Below are positions 57,758 to 64,000 of a DNA stretch of 64,000 nucleotides, one piece after another. This DNA comes from Phoronis australis (taxonomy: Eukaryota > Animalia > Phoronida). Location of the stretch: the NCBI GenBank assembly GCA_002633005.1, contig NMRA01000720.1:62001-126000 (forward strand), in the 5' to 3' direction. Within the stretch, counting starts at the first letter, position 1; each line of letters begins with the position of its first letter. The position numbers and the translations under genes are program-made. Below the pieces are notes generated by a model. That model was not told the DNA's origin and did no database searches. It was given only the letters and a program-made list of their open reading frames with translations.

Positions 57758-60700
57758 CTATTCATGAGCAACGTGATGTCGTTTACGTGGCGTGAGTGGG
57801 TGCTTGTGTGGCCCGTCACGTTTGGTGAGAACATCTGCCTCCATGCTGTCCAGTTGACCAACATCGCGTAACAGCCTCATTTTGGCTTCATGCTCCATTC
57901 TGAACACATTATCCTTGGTTGGCTTGAAATCACTGATTCTGGAATAAAACATTTACTATGGTAGTTTTTAATGAGGCTTTAAGGGGTTGGAAACAATTCT
58001 GTAAACGCCACTCTAAATTCCAGTCACAATGTCCTGAATGCCAGTCCTGATCAGCAAACATTGACATCAAATTACAAATACCAGACCTGTTCCCGTGAAC
58101 TCCATACACCAGACCTGTGACCCTCAACTCCATACACGTGACCTGTGCCCCTCAACTCCATACACGAGCTGAAAATGCTCCATACCAAACTTCACAACTC
58201 AGAACCAAACTCTGGACTGTTGCCTCAAAGCGCTGGAGAGGAATTTGGTACCCAGGACAGGATTTTTGGCTCTGCCAGTGTCGTGACACTGAGCTAGGGA
58301 ATAACACTGTGAACTGATTTGATATATTAAGACAAAATAGCAGCACTGCAGTTCTTTGGTATCTTACCAATATTATCCCATTTTGTTATGTAAAATTACA
58401 AGGAACGGGCAAATAGTAAAAGTAAAATACTTCTTTTTCATGCACCCCGTGTTCGCCGCACAATGTTCCTCAGTACAGCCATCGCTCCTTCATTACCCAA
58501 TAAAACACTTGTGACAGATGACACAAAGAACACCAGATCCTCTCCATCGTCAACCCTCAAAACCCAATAACACACCGGTCATAGATGACACCGTCAACAC
58601 CAGACCCTCTCCACAACCACCCCACAATACACCTACTGTATCGCAGACGGCACCATCAACACCAGGCACTCTCCACCATCGCCCAATAACACAACTGTCA
58701 CAGACGACACTGTCAACACCAGACACTCCACCATCACCCACTCAACACCCAGCAACACACCTGTCATAGATTACACCGTCAACACCTTGCTTCTTAAGCT
58801 GTTTGATGTTTTCAGAGTCGTTGTTGTCCTCACCCCAACAGAACAACACCAGACCTTTGTCCTTACACTGCTGTATTAGGCTGGGGTCAGCCAGAAGTTC
58901 CTCTGCATGTACGTTGATGCCCTGGAAAGGACAAAATGTTTACTTTTCTTAAATAAATAAAGCTCTGGTAGCTGTTGCAATACAAATTAGATACAATACC
59001 TGGACCACAATACCTAGACCATAATACCTGGACCAGCAATTCTGTACTGTGTTCTTAATGCATGAGACTAGCAAATATAGTCATACCTTGAAATACGATA
59101 AGGCTCACTCAGTAACAGTATTACCATGTGTATTTCCCTTATTCACTAGTGACACCTGGTGCATTGTGTGGTTTTGCTTGCCGATATTGGAGTAGACAAC
59201 TTTTTAACATTTTGTAATAGCATTGAAAATTTTCAAAATCTGGTTAAATTGGAATACAATATCTCAGAAATGGAAGATTAGAATTACATGAAACTCACAA
59301 GTCATGTTTTATGCAGTTCTTCAATAGCAATTCTATTAAAAACTTTTCACTTTTGTATGAATGGCAATCAAAACTGAAGGGCTAGGTGATAAGGACCAAC
59401 AGACACCAAGCACCACCTGGCAGCTCTATCTAGTGTCCAGGTATGGAACTATGGAATGTTCTCTAGCATAATACATACCACATAAACCAGGAAGTTTCTA
59501 AAACCCAGCTTTACAAATTTAAAACGAGCCTCAAATGTACCTCCATCTGGTGCTCGAGCACAGAACTAGTGTATTCTCCATTTCCTGACTGAAATTTATT
59601 TTTGACAACCGATAAATTCTTAAATGATTTAAAGGTGTTTTCAGCCTTGTAAGTTTTTGTTCTGCCTGACAACATACCTGTGTATAACACACTATGTTCA
59701 ATGTTTAGAATGTGTTTAAAAACACAACATACCTGTGTATAACACACTATGTTCAATGTTTAGAATGTGTTTAAAAACACAACATACCTGTGTATAACAC
59801 ACTATGTTCAATGTTTAGAATGTGTTTAAAAACACAACATATCCCAACTACTACTTACTAAGAGATTCTCAGACATGGCAAACTTGATGGCCATTTGCAC
59901 ATAGTGTGTCCTCTTGTCCTCAAATGGTTCGTACTTGGGGGTCAACGCTTGTGTCAAGAACAACACTGGGTATTTGTTCTGCTTGTGGCGCAGCCTGTTG
60001 GACAACAAAACAGCCACTGTGAATAGTTGTAACATAACTAAAATTCGAATTTGGTAATCTCTGGTTATTCAGTCACGCTTTTCTAACGTTTACTAGAAGA
60101 GACCTTTGACTACACATTCTAAGAAATGACCCATTTAGACTTTAATATTAATAGTGAATTAGCAAGGTGAAAGCAGCAGTCACTAGTATTGTCAGTATAC
60201 CATCTTCAAGTCTCACAAGTCCAATATCACCTAAGAGCTCCACCTAGTGTTCAAGCATGGAAACAGGTCAGGCATGTTGCTTTCCATGCATAAAAAGGCA
60301 ACGTTATACATTGCATTTGACAGCATTGCATGTCAGTCTTGAGCAGGAAAATAAATTTATCAGTTTGTTCCAAGACCAGAATCACTTCTAATCTGCTTAA
60401 GGTTGGAAATCGAAACCAATTTTATAGCAACAAGCGACATTAAAAAACATTTGGTTAATGCATTTCTAAAATAAAAGGTCAGGTGAAAATTGGAGTAAGA
60501 AACTTTAAATTAAGGAATACCAGAGCGTATCGACCTTACATGATGCAGACGTCGGGGTCAAAGCAGGAGAAGATGACCCTGCGTGTGCCAGCGTACTCTA
60601 GAACATCCTTGATGATAATATCGAGGTAGGTGTTGCGCTCGGTGTAGTGTTCTTGATTCTCTTCGTACTCACCATCCTGCGCAAGGAACAAGACTGTGTA

Positions 60701-63700
60701 CAGTGATGGTGGTGCAATACGATACAATACAATACGATACAATGCAATGTAATACACTGCAATACACCCTTCTTAGAGTTGCTGAATTTTATTCGGTTGG
60801 TTTTGAACTGCTCGGAATTCAAAGTCTAGATAAGATTTTATAACTTTTCAAAAATTTCTGCTGACTGATGTTATTCCACAAGCATATTGAGATCATGAGT
60901 GTTTGATTGTGACTATTTTTGATTTTTCTGGGACACCAATAATTTTTTCCGTATTATAGAATGCAAGTACACCTTTGGGGATTTTACGTAATCCATTTAC
61001 GACAAAAGATCAGTAAATTTGAATACTTTAGTAAGTGTGTTTCCTCTCCTCATCATTGAGTGGAGAATATTTCCACTGACTTTCAAACAAATCATCCTAT
61101 TGGTCATGAAAAATGATGTACAACTAAACATCTAGTACTCACCCTCTGCAACATAGCATATTTGACTTCAATGTTAAAGCCAATATGACTGTCGAGGTGT
61201 TCAAATGCCTGTCGCAAAGTTGGGAATGGCCGGTGATCACTGGGGTCCTCCATGGTGTCTACAAAAACGACCAATCATATCAAACATTACAAATGAATTG
61301 AGTGAATAACATCGTTTTTACTTAGAAAGGAACAGCGTACTTATAGATGACCATTGGTTTGTACTGACCACACATATTTATTTTAAAACCCTTTCAACTT
61401 GCAGGAAAATGATTTTTGCAAAGACATTTTTCATCTTGGGCAAAACATGACTGACTACATCAAAATGTTGACAGGTGGCTGTGTTAAGGTTGCTAAAGCA
61501 ACACTTGCCCTTCACTTCACACAACTGTGTGTTTGACAGCTGGGATGTGTGAGACACCTGTAACTGCTGAAGTTGATCAAACGTCAGATCTCGAACAGGA
61601 ACTTGGAACAACTCCACCTCGGACAGATTAGACTTCTAGAAAACAGCAAAGTAAAACAACCGCATTAGTTCCATTTATTTTAAAAACATTCTTTATAGTC
61701 GGGGAAAGCCTGCTGTCTAGTAATAATGTGATTGTATCAAAGCAATCGAGTAATGGATCCTAACACATTTCTAGCCAAGACAGTTCACATGGCATTAAAC
61801 TCCCCCTCCATATGCCACAGTTCACATGGCATTATCCCCCAAACTCAGCCATTCAGGATAAATAAGAAAACAAGAAATTTTAATCTGTCAGTCTTTGACT
61901 GAGCCAAACATACATGAGCCAACAATGTAGATGCTTGAATATCTAACTCAATGTTTTGCTCTATTAGCTCCAGACAAGTACAGGTAAGAAGTGTGAGGCG
62001 AGTACAGGTGAGCATTGCGTGGTGAGTACAGGTGAGCATTGTGTGGTGAGTACAGGTGAGCATTGTGTGGTGAGTACAGGTGAGCATTGTGTGGTGAGTA
62101 CAGGTGAGCATTGTGAGGTGAGTACAGGTGAGCATTGTGTGGTATCTGGCAGCTTTTTACCTGTATCCACACTTATGATGATGCAGTATAGCCAATAAAA
62201 ATGAAGATTCATGCCAGGTGTTTCAGGCAATCAGTCCAACCTATTCAGCCTGTATATGACCGTTGCAATTTGGGCATTGACCAGCAAATTTCTTTATGAA
62301 GTGTTAAAACCATCATTTATATTGCTTTGACAAGTAACAACATAGTCAACAACATTCATCATTCCTCAACAACACTTACATATCACATTCATGAATCCAA
62401 AATCACAAATTGAGAATATAGAAGAAAAGTGACTTCATTTGAAAGTGCTTGAGGGAGTTCTTATCTGACAGCTGTCGACTGGAGGGGTTGGTTTTTTGTA
62501 TTTTTGACATGAAACTGGTGATTTTAAGCACTTCAATAAAAACAAAACAGATTGATTTACAAATGATTAAATACCTTCTTCATTGCAGTTATTTTTCAAC
62601 CTTAGAAAGTTATTTTTGATGTTGATCAAAATTAGCTTTAGAAGGGATTTTTTATACCAGCAAACAGAAGTTGAAGACACCTTCTAATCTTGATCCATGA
62701 AACATGAATATTATCAACAAAACTAAAACGAAAATCTAAATTTGTATGGTGGATTGGAACACTACAAAAGATGTGTCACTAAAAACGAAAATCTACATGT
62801 ATGGTGGATTGAAACATTACACAAGATGTGTAACTTTCCCAGCTTGACCATCTGAACTACACCACACCCTGTTATTAACACAACACACCCTGTTATTAAC
62901 ACAGCACACCCTGTTACTAACACAGCACACCCTGTTACTAACACAACACACCCTGTTACTAACACAGCACACCCTGTTACTAACACAACACACCCTGTTA
63001 CTAACACAGCACACCCTGTTACTAACACAACACACCCTGTTACTAACACAGCACACCCTGTTACTAACACAACACACCCTGTTACTAACACAGCACACCC
63101 TGTTACTAACACAACACACCCGCCATGTTTAACGTGTGAAAGCATAGTTTTACTTACCCTTCTCATGGTCAGACAAACGGTGAAATCATGATAAATAACT
63201 GGTACAAGATCCTTGGACAACTGGACATCAAACTCGACCATGTCAGCACCCTACAGTACAAACATTGGCTGAGTACTTCATGGACTAACTATATAAACAG
63301 ACGGCAATTTGCAGTAAAGTTTAATTAAAGAAAATATTATTAATTAAATGAAATACTTTGTGACAGTTGCCCTGTACTCTTGAGAAAGAGCTGCTGAAGA
63401 CATACAAATTCATTCCCATTTGTCTTTGTCAAATATCAATATTTGACAACCACAAATTCAATTTTGCCAAATTGCCCTTTAAATTGGAGAAGTTTTACAA
63501 CTCCTAGCTCTATACAGAGAGAAAGAAAGAGAGAGAGAGAGCTACCCCATGCAGGCATGTTTCCTGTCATTGATGGTGCTTGACTGAACATTGTATTTTT
63601 GAACTTGAAAAATCCTCTGATAGTGTACAACAGCAAGAATAGGATACACTTACATAACAATTAATATGGATACTTGTAACACATATTTTACATACAAGTT

Positions 63701-63893
63701 TAACTTATCCTATTTCAAAGTCTCTAATTTAATTTTATCTATTGTGACATTATAGTCAATAGTAAAATCGTACCAATTCAGAATGCAATGTAAAAAATAC
63801 AGGGAGTGAGAGTGATCACATGATCACAACAAACTTACATGACTGCCCGCTATAGCAAGCGATGCTATTGAGTTTTCTCGTACAGTGTTCAGT
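57758..63893 (-). CDS. GPCPD1: Glycerophosphocholine phosphodiesterase GPCPD1 (GDE5), GDPD-domain exons; 5' part lies beyond the right edge
   Basis: Exons 63893-63839, 63250-63158, 61635-61509, 61258-61143, 60676-60540, 59994-59859, 58921-58761 and 57938-57758. They give RENSIASL, GADMVEFDVQLSKDLVPVIYHD, ELFQVPVRDLTFDQLQ, PFPTL, GFNIEVKY, RRVIFSCFDPDVC, KQNKYPVLFLTQ, GLVLFCWG.DNN and GVDGVIYDR, characteristic of GDE5. Confidence 0.93.
58505..58786. repeat. Degenerate repeat of about 60 bp, 5 copies, derived from a GPCPD1 exon end and donor
   Basis: ACACCTGTCATAGATTACACCGTCAACACC (the exon end GVDGVIYDR|gtgt) recurs in decayed form near 58691, 58629, 58572 and 58505. Confidence 0.75.
59670..59841. 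repeat. 55-bp tandem repeat, about 3 copies
   Basis: CAACATACCTGTGTATAACACACTATGTTCAATGTTTAGAATGTGTTTAAAAACA, near-perfect copies. Confidence 0.9.
61977..62141. repeat. 24-bp minisatellite, about 7 copies
   Basis: AGTACAGGTGAGCATTGTGTGGTG repeated. Confidence 0.9.
62864..63121. repeat. 21-bp minisatellite, about 12 copies, with mostly alternating variants
   Basis: ACACCCTGTTACTAACACA(G/A)C repeated. Confidence 0.9.
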
Positions 63894-64000
63894 CTGGAAG
63901 TGAATGGAATCAAAATTTAGATATTCAATATTCAATATTCAATATTCAATACAAACAAGTCAGGTACTGACATCCAATAGTGCAGCCAAACACGACATTT

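Noticed and set aside
58518-58769. Mucin-like Pro/Thr-rich ORF on +
   Set aside because: It is the antisense reading of the decayed repeat derived from the GPCPD1 exon end.

Overview
This is intron-rich, AT-rich metazoan (probably invertebrate) genomic DNA, so most ORF-track entries are spurious and I rebuilt the genes exon by exon. There are five protein-coding genes: (1) GTF2H4/TFIIH p52 (- strand, ATG 8559, runs off the left edge); (2) a complete 25-exon valyl-tRNA synthetase, most likely mitochondrial VARS2 (+, 8867-54176, 1073 aa), head-to-head with GTF2H4 across about 300 bp; (3) a secreted CTHRC1-domain protein with a coiled coil in place of the collagen helix, nested antisense in VARS2 intron 1; (4) an ankyrin-repeat protein with a helical C-terminal domain, nested antisense in VARS2 intron 15; (5) the 3' half of GPCPD1/GDE5 (-), convergent with VARS2. 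Mobile DNA includes a 540-bp TRIM whose LTRs carry a tRNA-like Pol III promoter, two tRNA-derived SINE copies, a decayed RNase H-bearing LINE and several MITEs. Minisatellites are numerous, and four of them duplicate real splice sites. All calls come from manual reading and remembered family motifs; no database searches were run.
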